Assembly: GCF_000143415.4 (NCBI RefSeq)
Contig: NW_003314268.1
Location: forward strand, 3,108,559 to 3,172,558
Origin: Selaginella moellendorffii
Taxonomy: Eukaryota > Plantae > Lycopodiophyta
Direction of reading: 5' to 3'
Length of the DNA: 64,000 nucleotides
The translations under genes were made by a program, and so were the position numbers. Shown here piece after piece: positions 24,089 to 38,804 of this stretch (positions within the stretch are counted from its first letter, which is position 1; every line of letters starts with the position of its first letter). The notes beneath the pieces were generated by a model. That model was not told where the DNA came from and searched no databases. It was given only the letters and a program-made list of their open reading frames with translations.

Positions 24089-26470
24089 CCAAATGGTGTA
24101 CGAAAAGCAGTCTTAAGAATATCTTCTTCGGCCATCGGTACTTGCCAATACCCAGAAGCAAGATCTAGCTTGGTGAACCAACGACTTCGCCCCAGACGAT
24201 TCAAGAGAGATCAGCAGTGTGAGGAAGAGGATACACATCTGGGATCATCACTTCGTTTAACGGACGATAGTCGATGCAGAAACGAATACTCCCATCAGAC
24301 TTTGTCACAAGATGAGGTTCACATGCCCAAGGACTCCGCGACTTCCGAATAACACCCTTCTCTAGCATTTCCTTGACGTTTGCTCGTAAAATCTTGATCT
24401 CCTTGGGTGACCGACGATGAACAGGAACCTTGATTGGACGAGCATCCCCGGTTGGAATCGGATGACGTGTGGCAATCTTGGCCCCAGACGATAAGTCAAA
24501 TTCAAAGAGATCAGAATACTCCTTCATGAGCCGGTCAACTACTGCAACACAAAGATCGTCGGAGGGATCGGAAAAGGGAAAAACAAAACAAGATGGAAAC
24601 ACAAAAGGAAAGAGTGGGGGAACAAAAGTAATGGAAGCAGAGGTAGAAGTAGAGGGACGAAGAGGTATGGAAGTGAGAGGAATGGATGAAACATAAAAAA
24701 GTATGAGACAAGGGGGAGAAGCCTCAAAGTCACACTTGGCATGATTGCGCTGCAACCAATCCATACCAAGAATGAGGTCAAAAGCTTGACTCGGCACCAC
24801 CCGCAACGGCTGCAACTCAAGCTCGAGATCGCCCACACGCACAACCAGGTCCACCTCATCCTGTGCATATGCATGTGTACGGCCATTGCCATAAAGAATG
24901 AAAACTGGTTCTGCCGCACGACGCAAGTGTAAACGACAACGTGTGGCAACAAGTTAAGCAATAGAAGATAAACTCGAACCTGTATCAACCAACACGGAGA
25001 GAATAATAGGAGACCTCTTGTTATAAAAACGAGCTTGGAAAGTAAACACTGGATGAACCGGTGCTGAGTGAACCCCTTGATGATACTCCCGAAAGAAAGA
25101 TGAAGGGGTCACTAACTTATTTGCGCAAGGTCCCTCCGTTACTCACGCGACTCCTCGTTTCCCGGATGCATCTCGGTGTCCAGACCTTCCACTGCAGCAG
25201 CACCCACGGGACGTTGCTGACGCCAAGGTCTCCACCCAGGAAATGGAGGTCGCCAATCCGGAAAACGACGACAACACCGATAAGTATGACCAACTTCATC
25301 ACACGCCCAGCAGCGAACATCACGGCCACGACCACGTCCTCGCACTTGTCCTTGGACTCGAGCAGCAGCAGCATCAACCTCCATTGGAACAGGACCATCA
25401 CCCATAGGAAGTGGAGCGGAAGGATGTGCAGCGAGAAGTGGAAGAGGCGACGTCTCATAACGTTGTGCCAAGAAAAGAGCATCGTCAAGGGTGGCAGGAG
25501 CAAGTGTATGCACAAATCCGACAAGATCTTGACGAAGTGCTGGCCACAACATTCCTAGCTTGATCCACTCCGACATATTTGGCTCCACACGAAGCAAAAG
25601 ACTTCGGAAACGAACACCAAATTGCATCACTGACTCAGATGGCCCTTGGCAAAGACGATGCAATTGTTGGAAAGCATCATCACAATCATCGGCATGTCCG
25701 AAGGTGCGTTTGAAGACATCCGGGAGAACACTCCAATCCCCACGAGTGGCTGTGCTCAAACCATTGTACCACTACAATGCCGTCCCTTGGAGACACGTGG
25801 GAAACTCAGCAACCGTCGAGCACCATCCCAAGAATGATATGTGGCAATCACCGTGAAGTGATCAAACCATGGTATATATCATCCCCAGGATTCCTACGAA
25901 AGAACTCCGGCCGAACGCGAGGATTGGCACCAAGAGCAAGAGGAGTTGGACCACGTGCTGTGAATGTCGCCATCAATTGAGTTTGGTTGTTCAATTGCAA
26001 GTGCATAGCATCAAGCAATTGGACCAACTACTACTCGAGAGTCAAAGGAGGAGATTGCTGATTTGCCATGGAGACGAATGAAAAAGAAAAAGAAGAGAAA
26101 TGACAAAAAACTAAAAGGAAATGGTAGATCTAGACAATGCAAAAGCTAAATCTAAACCAAAATCCTGAAAGGAAAGAACAAAAAGAAGGAAATGGAAAAA
26201 GCTAGATCTAGACAATGCAAAAGCTAGATCTAAACCAAAATCCCAAATCCAAGCACTCCTCAAGGACAATCAAAGGTGCCCCTCACCTCCACCAATGTGA
26301 GTGCTTGGAATATGGAAAGAGAATACAGAAATGTGCATATCAATTAGCCCAAAAACCCTAGCTTATATACAGGAGCGAGTGGTCCAGATTGAAACTAATC
26401 CGACAGCTACCAAAATCCCACTACGCTAATATTAGTATATGGCATCGTAACCGTACACTTGGCCCTCACA
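24089..26470 (-). mobile_element. Ty3/gypsy family B, 5' half: 175-bp LTR (26296-26470), tRNA-Ala PBS, gag, protease, start of RT
   Basis: LTR TGTGAGGGCC...CACTCACA; PBS TGGTGGAGGTGAGGGG. Gag has PVPMEVD and the CCHC knuckle CWACDEVGHTYRCC; protease LVDTGSS and ILGMDWL; RT RFCIDYRPLN, YPLP, LDLASGYWQ, KTAFRTPFG. Several CAG>TAG stops. Confidence 0.9.
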
Positions 26471-29299
26471 GTTTTGATTTGCTTAGAGTAGTGTAGAATA
26501 TACTTGGATATTCTAGGATATTCTACTATCTAATGATTGTTATTCACTTAGATTAATCTTGTATTTGTAATTTTAATAGATATAATTATAATTTATAAGC
26601 TTTCCTAAATACTTCCTTGTATATTCTAGTTTATTTAATGGTTGATATGTAATAAGATTAGTCTTTATTAACTTCCAGTTAATCAATTATATTATTAAAT
26701 AATAAGCAATACTATTAAGCAAACCAAATGTTGCTGCATGCAGCATGCAGAAAATTATTATAATTTTAATTATCGGAAAATTTATATTATTTAGACTTAT
26801 TTAATAGCAAAGTAGTATAAGAATTATAATTACAATGTTTAAGGCACTTTTTTCTGTTTTTTTTTCTTAAATATCACATTTTTAGAGGTAGGCTAGAGGT
26901 AGATAAACACACTAGATGGCATATTTTAACTCTTGATTTTATGTGTTCCGATCATATATACAATTTTCCTATTGGGAGTTTGCTGAGGGAAGTTTATTCT
27001 CCCTCACTATAACACTTTTTTGTGGTGTTTTTATATAGTTTTAGATATGGTTTCACATCAATTTCCCAAAGTATTTTCCAATAACAGCAATATAAATTTT
27101 AATTGAGGACATAATAGAACTTTAAGGAAGGCTTGCCCATATTGTGGAGGTTACATTAATGCAAACTATATAGATCAAATTGTTGGAGAGCATCGATAAT
27201 ATTCCAAAAATTTCATATTTGAAAGATCCATCTTGCAATTCTTAGTGAATAATATTGAGTTTTTTGTTTACCTACATAGGCAAGTAAACACTTTCAAGGA
27301 TGGATGAGTTAAAGACATTGCTGTTTGATATTGGATAATATAGGCTTATAATAAACTGGGTAGATTAGATGGTCGGCTGTGACATGAATAATTTGATCAA
27401 ACTATAATCTATATGAATAATTATATAGCATATAAACTCTAGAAAACTATTTGGATAACAATGTTTCTGTGAAAAATAATTTATATACTATATACCATAT
27501 GAAAATGAAAATTAATACATAATGCAAAAATTATATTAAAAAAACAATACCAAAAGGATAACCGCACACCAAATTTGCAGGTGTGTTTGATCGCTTCGTG
27601 GAGTCTGGACAGTGGCTCCAGTGACTTGGCTTGTGACATGCTCATGGTCAAGCTCTATTGCAGTGCAGGCCTGTGGAAGGAGCAATCGCTCGTTTTGTGG
27701 CAGCCAAGTTTGGCATTTCCTGGATTGTCAATGGACAAGCAAACAGGTGGCATTGTAGTGGCTACACTCGGCAGTGCAGCGTGGGAGTAGAGACAAGATC
27801 GAGGTATAGTTTCAAGAGATCGCGAAAAGATCTTTACATATACTTCCAGCACAGCTATAAAAAATTGGAAAACCTGAATTTCTCAAGTGTTTATCGTTGG
27901 CTGAGCGTGTTCGACAAGATGAAATTCCGGGGCTCTTTTGGACTGTGCTCACCTGGAGGTAATGTCTCGTTTGTTTTTTTTCTGTGCAAACATCAAGGTG
28001 GCCGTGGTATTTGTTCGCACAGGGTGTCCTTTACATCGACCAGATGACTCCAAAATCACTGAACTCAATTGGACAAGAACTTTTGATAAGAGATTCCATA
28101 ATTGTTCGTCCCGATGCGGTTAAAGACAAACTGTTAAGTTTGATTCCGCTCGTCTCCTGCGAAGATGCTCGGTTCGATTACGCGCTCCGTTTTCAACTTA
28201 CTGGAAACTCCAGCTGGCGAAGAACAATAAGCCTAAAAGCGAATCCAACCGAGCGGTGAGTGCCTTGCTTTTATTTCCATCGTAGAAGATGGCTAGAAGC
28301 TGAACCTTTTCTCCTTTTCTTTTCTTGTGTGATATGTTTTCAGAGTTTCAGAGTTGACGATCCCGCGCCACACGAACTACCATCTAAAAGCGATATGGCC
28401 GACCTTCATATCATCCTGGTTAACGCTGAGAAGAGAATCAGAGCACTGACTGCCTCCAAAACTACATCGGTGAAAAAGGCCAGAAGAAGTGTGAAGAAGA
28501 AACATGGCCAGCTATGTGAAGCTCCATTGGGCGGGCCTTTTGTGTTGCCTCTCTCGAGGAGCCCAAGGAGGAGCTCTTGTTTTCCTGAAGTTCTTTCATA
28601 CCCGACAACGGTTTATAGCAGCAAGGCTGACGCAATGCAGTTCCGAGGAAGAGTTGTGGCCATCACGGGTTGATAGATGGAGGTTTAGCAGTCCAGATGA
28701 AGACCTTTCTATTGGCTCGAGCACTCAGCAGATTTCGGTCAGATTACCGGTCAGAATTCGGTCTTAAGGAGAGAGAGTTTGGAAGTCCCATCTCTCGGAC
28801 CTTTGGGACGACTTCGTTATTCTCCAGGTGCTTTCATTCAAGCAAGATACTCGAGCAACGTTGCGGCAGAAAGAAAGTGCAGCGCTCCGGGCGAGGAAGT
28901 GGTCCGAGTCTTCCGGACGGAGGCGCTAAAATGAGGATATGTCCGGGAAAGCAGGTGTATCAACACAGGGAAGGCCGAGTCGCGACTCAGGAATTCAAAC
29001 GCAACAACAGAGGTGGCAGCGAAAGTTCCGAAAGATCAGCGACGACGGCCAGGATGTTGAGATCGGCGTGGAAGGCTAGCAGGCAAAGTACACAGTGTGG
29101 GCGCTAACCTCGTGTTTTTGCAAAAACTTGCAGGAGGATACGTGCGGGATTGAAGTTTCCGCGGTTGCCGAGTTGTTTCCAGAAGACTTAGCACTCTATA
29201 AAATCCTCTTTTTGATAAGGAGTTGTGGTCATGTTTTCAAGCTATCCTCTTATTCTTCTCTTCGCTCTTGATCTTCGACATTGTGAGGCTTTTTCCAGT

Positions 29300-31040
29300 A
29301 TGGGCACCCGTGTCGCAGATGATAGATGCTATCTCGTAGCACACTATACGAGCGTGTGGTCGTATCTGTGGCCTCACATCTCGCATTCTTTGGAAGTCGG
29401 GAGTGTGAACTTGGATTGGAGAGCGTGATTTTCTCTGTTTATGCTCCGGAGCGTGAGGTCTGTCTCTCAACCACTGAAGCACTTTGGAAGATGGGTGGAG
29501 AAGGCAATTAACCTTCGTGCATCCAATGGAGGAATTCTCAGGACCTTGTATACTCTTCCGATGGATCCACAAGGTAACTAGAATTGATTTCACGGTGTTG
29601 ACTTTTAATTGTGTGCTGTTCTTCCAGCGCTTGTTGATCCTTCCGAGGATTCGGAGAGCTACCTAACTTTCAACGGCCACATGGAACCAAGAACCAGCCT
29701 CCTCCAAGCCCCTTCGTCTCAGCGTCTGTGTCTTTCATGTCCAGACTCCAAAGCGGTAGCAGATGTTTGTGCTATGGCGTCTAAAGTTGCGTATGAGCCC
29801 GAAGTTCATCGAATTTGTCGTGAATCAGAATTGGAAGGTAAGTCCGAGCCTTGCACAACCTCCGACTCTCTCCTTTGCAGATGCATCTACTAGGAACTTA
29901 CAACTGTTGGAACGGTAAGAGGTTATTTTTCTCGCTATCCAGTTTCATCTGACGTTGCCGTCTCTCTTTCATGCTACAGAGTTTCAGAAAAAACGCTCGA
30001 CTCAAGCTTTCATTTTCGCCGACCGGGAAACTGATGCAGAAGCCATCGTTCTTGCCTTCCGGGGAACGGAAGCCTTCAATGCATACGACTGGTGCACAGA
30101 CTTGGATTTCTCCTGGTACGAGCTCCCGCAGCTCGGCCGTGTCCATCTCGGATTCCTCGAAGCACTGGGGCTGGGCGACAGGAACAGGATGCAAAGCTTC
30201 CAGAGGTTGAAGCAGAACATCTACGAGAACTCGAGGACTCCGTTGCCACAGACTCCAACATCTGGATTACCCGACTTTGTCCTCAGCGATGAGAGGAAGC
30301 TGCTCGCGTACGACCACATCAGTGCGGAGCTCGTCACCATCCTCCGGAACCACAGAAACGCAAAGCTCTACATCACCGGTCACAGCCTCGGCGGCGCTCT
30401 GGCGACTCTCTTCACCGCCATGCTCTTCTACAACCGGGAAGAGAATCGAGTCTTTTACAACACCGAGGACGACGTTGCCAGGAGGCTCGCGGCGCTCTAT
30501 ACGTTTGGCCAGCCCCACGTTGGAGACAAGAGCTTTGCGTCCTTCATGGACACCAGCTTAAACAAGCCAACCATGAGGTACTTTAGAGTTGTCTACAATA
30601 ACGACATGGTAGCTCGAGTTCCCTTCGACAACTCTCTGTTTGGCTTCAAGCATTTCGGGAATTGCTGCTACTTCACTTACAACTACACCCTCCAGGTACT
30701 TTACTTCGAGACACTGCTCTCTGTGTAGGATCCATATTAACGTTCTGCACAGATCCTTCCGGACGAGCCATTTCCCAATTTCCTCTCCCCGGTTTACATG
30801 GTGCTGTCCCGGCTTTACGCGCTGTTCGAGCTCGTCCAGAGCTTCTTCATGAGCTATAGATATGGCGGGGAGTTTAGCGAGACGAGGTTGTCCACTGTGG
30901 CAAGGATTGCAGGCTTGCTCGTGCCTGGGATCGCCGGCCACAGCTTGGTGAATTACATCAACTGCGTCAGGCTGGGGCCCGACCATCTCGATCCGGCGTG
31001 CCTGCAAAACACGGAGTGGGATAAATCCCAGTATGCATAG
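29300..31040 (+). pseudogene. Class-3 lipase duplicate, pseudogenised
   Basis: AGA>TGA at 29426-29428 in exon 1 and a 2-bp deletion (GAGAACCCG>GAGCCCG, about 29797) in exon 2 relative to copy 1. Confidence 0.85.
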
Positions 31041-31811
31041 CAACTTCGTACATGTCAAATAAAACTTACACATGGTGTCATTCGAAAATATAAAAAAATG
31101 AACACAATTACATTGCCTTCAGAACTGAATGCACAATGGAATTCTCTGTATGGAGCCAGAGCTTTTACTGGTGAAAGTGCAAGCATGGAATGAAACAATG
31201 CAATTTATCCTTACCACCCAGAAAGGAACCATAGACAAAGCACTGATGATTAACTCTATCCACCTCAACTATGAGTTCCACAAAGGATGGTGGCATGTCT
31301 GTGTGGCTTAGACTGCTTGTTGCATCAACTTGGGAGCACTCCTTGCACAAGTGGCAATTTTGGAGTGGAAAAATAGTGTAGAGTTAGAGCTATAGTCAAA
31401 GAAATAGAGAACATCTAATAAATGTTTCTGATGACTGTCAAACAACATTTGGTTTTCAGAGAAATGGATTGAATAGTGAACATTAGCCATGCCATCTAAA
31501 CCCAAGCTTACAAGATATATTTTAATAAAAATAAAAAATAAAAAATAATATTACTCAAGTCTAGGCTATATCATATTAATATATATAAAAATAAACGAAT
31601 CTCTCATATAGCTAGTGGCTTCTAAGTTGTGACAATCACAAAGTTATAAATTAACATATATCATAATTCAAAAATTTAATTTTTGTTTTATTTTCTTTAT
31701 ATATAAAAATAACTCTAAATTTTATTTGAAATTCATTTTTAATGTTTATAATTTTATTTCTATTTAGTTTAATTATAGATTATGGAATTGTATTTGGTAA
31801 AATAGATATAG

Positions 31812-32612
31812 AATAATTCACTTACTGAGGAAGATATTAATACAATTTTAGGTCACATTAAAAGACTTGCACTAAAATTACATGAATCTCATCTTTATCG
31901 ACAAAATTATATTGATACTGATTTAATAGATATTGATGGAGGAGGTGTTGTTATAAGAATTCAACATTTAGCTGGAAGTACTCTATATTGTTCTACAGGA
32001 ATTTCAACTGGAAAACTAGTTTTAGGTGGTTCTCTCCAAAAATCAATAAATGAAATCATTAAAAAGGTAATAAATGATTTATTACTAGCACTTTCTAGTG
32101 AATGTAGAATTGTGTCTAATAATTATCTTATTCGATATATATTAGTAACTCATTGGAAACCATTAAATTATTTAGAAAATATAAATAGAGTTTTCAGATA
32201 TTTTGAAAATTGTGATATTACTTTGACTACTTTAAATGCTGGTTTCTCTGATCATATTTTATATAAAGGTAAATTTTTACAATCCCCAAATCGTATGAAT
32301 ATACTATATATCAAAATGAATTGTAAACTTACATTTTTTTCTGGAAAAACTAATTTATGGGAATCTCCAAATAATGAATATTTTGGAGAGTGTTTTTTAG
32401 ATATGCAAATTGATGGAAATTTAGTGTTATATACTTCTAAACGAAATGTATTATGGTCTCCCAATATGTATTGTTATGACAAACCAAACTGTTTACTTTT
32501 AACTTATATTACAGTTGAAGATAATTGTAAACTGGTAAGCTACTTGACAACATATCCAAGCAGAGCTTGGTGGACATTAGATTATTCTAAACATATTGGC
32601 TGCTTAAGCTAG
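31812..32612 (+). CDS. AT-rich ORF (266 codons open): unknown N-terminal domain plus C-terminal bulb-type mannose-binding lectin domain; start uncertain, possibly a frameshifted signal peptide from ATG 31742
   Basis: Frame is open from 31812 (upstream of the called 32112 start). MQIDGNLVLY = QxDxNxVxY, LWES/LWS motifs and several Cys. Confidence 0.6.
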   Translation, partial: NNSLTEEDINTILGHIKRLALKLHESHLYRQNYIDTDLIDIDGGGVVIRIQHLAGSTLYCSTGISTGKLVLGGSLQKSINEIIKKVINDLLLALSSECRIVSNNYLIRYILVTHWKPLNYLENINRVFRYFENCDITLTTLNAGFSDHILYKGKFLQSPNRMNILYIKMNCKLTFFSGKTNLWESPNNEYFGECFLDMQIDGNLVLYTSKRNVLWSPNMYCYDKPNCLLLTYITVEDNCKLVSYLTTYPSRAWWTLDYSKHIGCLS

Positions 32613-32852
32613 AATTGTCTTATTGAATAGAAAATAATTTGCTTTCCAAAATGCAATAATATTTACAAGAATTGAAGAATCCGTCCTCTTCATTCTTCTT
32701 GACCTTCAGAACTAGCAGCCAAGGTGGACATGACTAGAAATCATGTGGGCTTGCCCGCGCAACCTTGATTTTCTTCATTTTCTTTTAATCACCTTAATTT
32801 GTTTACGCATTTTGTACAAGTAAAACACGCAAAAGTAAAGAGACCAAAGTAA

Positions 32853-34346
<1,494 letters not shown>

Positions 34347-34473
34347 GCTCGTCCCGGGCACGATCAACAGCTCCCCGTCCATCAAACCCTAGAAAGTTTT
34401 GGAAAACCCCCTTTTAACCTTTATTTCCTTTCTATCCATCCATAAACATTAGAGTGGTTTTCCCTCCTAGCGA

Positions 34474-35780
<1,307 letters not shown>

Positions 35781-35858
35781 CGAAATCGCCCAGACGGATC
35801 AAAATCCCATCAAGAAGCGCCCAAGCAGCTGTGGAATCGAGAATCGATAGCTAGACGG

Positions 35859-35998
35859 GCGCCAAAATCGAGAGAAGAGGAGCGCTACAAATCAATCCAG
35901 AGATCGAGAGAGAGAGAGAGAAGGGCGAGCGCTACTAGGGCACTTTCGAAGAGCTGAGATTGTGCTGCTAAAGCTAGCGCCCGCCAACATTTTGGCGC
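35859..35998. promoter_or_regulatory. Two E2F-type sites (GCGCCAAA 35859-35866; TTTGGCGC 35991-35998) in the CDKB divergent promoter
   Basis: Match TTTSSCGS; CDKB1 genes are established E2F targets in angiosperms. Confidence 0.55.
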
Positions 35999-36111
35999 CA
36001 TGTACGAATGGGCCAGTGGCCACCCTAGCTGCGTACGGATAAACATGGACACCAATTTAAAATGGACTTCGAGGTGGGGAATGGTAGAGAAATTCTTGCT
36101 GAGGAGAAGAT

Positions 36112-36996
36112 ATGCAAATCGCCGCTCTTCAATGCTGCGGCCGCCTCCAATTCGCGAGCGCCGCGCGATGGTCGATGCTCCAGGAGAATTGCCCTAGGCG
36201 GAAGATCCCCGCCGCGTTCCTCGTCAACAGCCGGCTCTTCTCGACGCTCCGCCAGCACGACTTGCGAGGCTTGATCGTCTCGGTACGAAGATTTTCTCCA
36301 CTAATCTCATCCATGTTTCGTGATTGCTTCTCGGCAGCGGTCGCAAAGATCCTACGACGATGAATTTCGCTCCACGGCAAGCATTGCGTTGGGACTCCAC
36401 CAGCGCTACAAGAAAGTCGTGCAAGGAGGATTCAGCAACAATCTCCAGGTAAGAACGAGAAGATCAAAGACACGATCAATCAATCGATCAGGAATCCTAT
36501 GCGCAGGATTTCATAACTGCTGTAGTGACTGCTTACGCGATCGGCTGCACGGAAGAAGGCCTGAGAAAAGAGCTCTTGAATTCCAATATCACTTCCAAAG
36601 AGGTAGAACAAGTTCTCGCCATTGTTCTTCACATATTTCTTGTGTTCTTCAAATCTTTTTCCAGGTAGAAGAATGTATACTTTGGGTGATCATCGTCTTT
36701 ACATCGATCATGTCAAGCCCGCCACCAACAGTGATACGATGGTCTACAACTGCGGCAGTTACAGCCGAGTCTCTTTTAGAATGGAAAGGATTTTGTTCCA
36801 TTATCGCCAACGCGTACTACAACAGGGGAATGGCCTGGTAAATAAACTCCATAACTTCAATCTCTCATCTCTTCTCTTCTCTAGGCTACCAGTGAAAACA
36901 CTGCAGCTGGAACAAATGGCGGTGTTAGGACGAGCCGAGGAAGCATCGCTAGTGGCCGATCGGATGCGATTAGCTTTCACAACCTTAGAGGTATGA
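36112..36996 (+). CDS. Conserved plant protein of unknown function, transit-peptide-like N-terminus; about 5 exons
   Basis: Exon 1 36112-36282 splices in frame to 36338 (RSQRSYDD). Later exons DFITAVVTAYAIGCTEEGLRKEL, VEECILW...IIANAYY.RGMAW, LPVKTLQLEQMAV...RMRL.F.TLEV. Confidence 0.7.
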
Positions 36997-37180
36997 TAGC
37001 TCACCACTGGCAATCAAACCGGCTCGATTTTGCGCAGATAGTGTGCCCCCAGTGGCCAAAGAAATGATGGTTTCTAGTCCAAGAGCGAAACATCTGATCA
37101 AGCACAACGCAGTTAGTAAGCGTATGAAGTATTTCTCTTTCTCTTTGCTGCTTTTCTTTCTTACCAGTTCTCAGTCGAGA

Positions 37181-38617
37181 TCAAGCGCCATCGCCAGTAA
37201 ACTCCGCAAGGTGGTCCAAGTCGAGAGTGGCCATCTCAAAGCTCTCCTCCATCTGGACCACCGCAACCTGTTTCTTACTGTCCCGCTCCAGCAGCTTCCC
37301 AATGGATCCCCTCAGCTTCCCTCCAACGACGATCACACGCCCGCCCGGCTTTGGAATCGCGGTCTCCAAGTACTCCTGCTTCACCTCCTCCACAAGATCA
37401 CCGCTCTCGTCCAAGACAATATGGCACACCGTCGGAGCCACCACGTCGATCACGCGCCCCTTCTTGAGGTAGAGCCTCCCGCCTTGAAACCGCTTGCTAA
37501 CGACCCTCACTCGTATTTGGCTCCTCAGCCAGGGCCTCGCTCTCTCGTCGTCACCACCACCATCGCCCCTCTGGATCCTCAGCTCCTTGAGCCTCTTCAT
37601 CGCGTTCTCCTCCTCGACGGAGCCAACATCCGCCAAGTTCTTGGCATCCACCTCCACCGTCTCGCCGCTACCAGCCAGCTTCACCCCCACCACCTCTCCC
37701 GGATTCGCCACCTTGTCCTTGCGACCCAGAACCTCGCCCCTCAGCCCAGCGTGCCTCCCCGAGACGATGGTCATGACTTTGCCACCGTAAACTCCCCTCT
37801 TGGCCCTCTCGACGAGCTTCTCGCCAATCTCCACCCTGTGACGAACCTTCCCATCCGGCCCAACCGGAGCTACTAGATCTGGCTTGGCCTCCCTGCTCTC
37901 GCCCGGCTTGATGACTTTCTTCTTCTTCTCCTCCTTTGGAGCTGGCACTGCCCCGAGACCCAGCCGCTCGGGCCTCCTCACAAACTCGGTGGCCTTGACG
38001 TCCTCGGTGGCTCTCCGCCCAATCCCTCGCCCATCTCTCCAGCCCATCCCCAGCAGCAGCGCCTGCCCAAATTTCTCCACCGGCATCGCATCATAGGCCG
38101 CCAGAGACGCCGACTCGGGGAGGAATTCCAGGTGATCCACCAGCGCTTCCTTGTCCAGCTTCGCGCGGAGCTCGCGAGCTTCCATAATATCCGTCTTGAC
38201 GCTCCCTCCTCCTGCTTTGGACGATCTTACCGACAATCCATACTGGACGCCATCCACGGGGCCGGCGGGAAGAACTTCCCCCACGAATTCCTGGACGCTG
38301 TCCTCCGGCGCGCTCATGAGATTCTTCATCCGCTTCTCCGGCTTCCACGAGTTCTCCAGGCGCGGGATCACCATGGCCGCGCCGCTGGAGCTCGGCTCGC
38401 CGACAACCTGGATCCCAATCTCGTCCACCGACCGCACGAATTCCACGGCCTCGTGCTCGCGATCGGACGAGTTGCTGGTGCCGATCACTCGCTGCCGCTT
38501 GCGACTGGAGATTGAGAATCTTACAGTGCCATTCGCCGTCGTCGCCGTGCCATTCGCCGTCGCCAAGGATTCGTGCGAGGCAGCTGCGAATCCACTCTCC
38601 GCGACTTCCATGCCCAT
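37181..38617 (-). CDS. MOS2: MOS2/GPKOW (Spp2-like) G-patch and KOW splicing factor, single exon, 478 aa
   Basis: PVEKFGQALLLGMGW..G.GIG...RPERLGLGA G-patch; KOW motifs IVSGRHAGLRG and VIVVGGKLRG; WLRSQIRVRVVSK; QEYLETAIPK. Confidence 0.92.
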   Translation of the reverse strand: MGMEVAESGFAAASHESLATANGTATTANGTVRFSISSRKRQRVIGTSNSSDREHEAVEFVRSVDEIGIQVVGEPSSSGAAMVIPRLENSWKPEKRMKNLMSAPEDSVQEFVGEVLPAGPVDGVQYGLSVRSSKAGGGSVKTDIMEARELRAKLDKEALVDHLEFLPESASLAAYDAMPVEKFGQALLLGMGWRDGRGIGRRATEDVKATEFVRRPERLGLGAVPAPKEEKKKKVIKPGESREAKPDLVAPVGPDGKVRHRVEIGEKLVERAKRGVYGGKVMTIVSGRHAGLRGEVLGRKDKVANPGEVVGVKLAGSGETVEVDAKNLADVGSVEEENAMKRLKELRIQRGDGGGDDERARPWLRSQIRVRVVSKRFQGGRLYLKKGRVIDVVAPTVCHIVLDESGDLVEEVKQEYLETAIPKPGGRVIVVGGKLRGSIGKLLERDSKKQVAVVQMEESFEMATLDLDHLAEFTGDGA

Positions 38618-38804
38618 CTACAAACCCTAGCTAACCCTAAAATCTTAACCCTTTGTATGAACTCTAGCATTTAACTGCGCAATCGATTTACTGTGAGATC
38701 TGACAGTAGTTCTTTCTCAAGCGAGCACTCCATTTTATATCTGAAGAACGCGGAAAGATCAAAACCTTTCTATGCTAGAAAATTCCAGGTTGTTTAGATC
38801 TATC

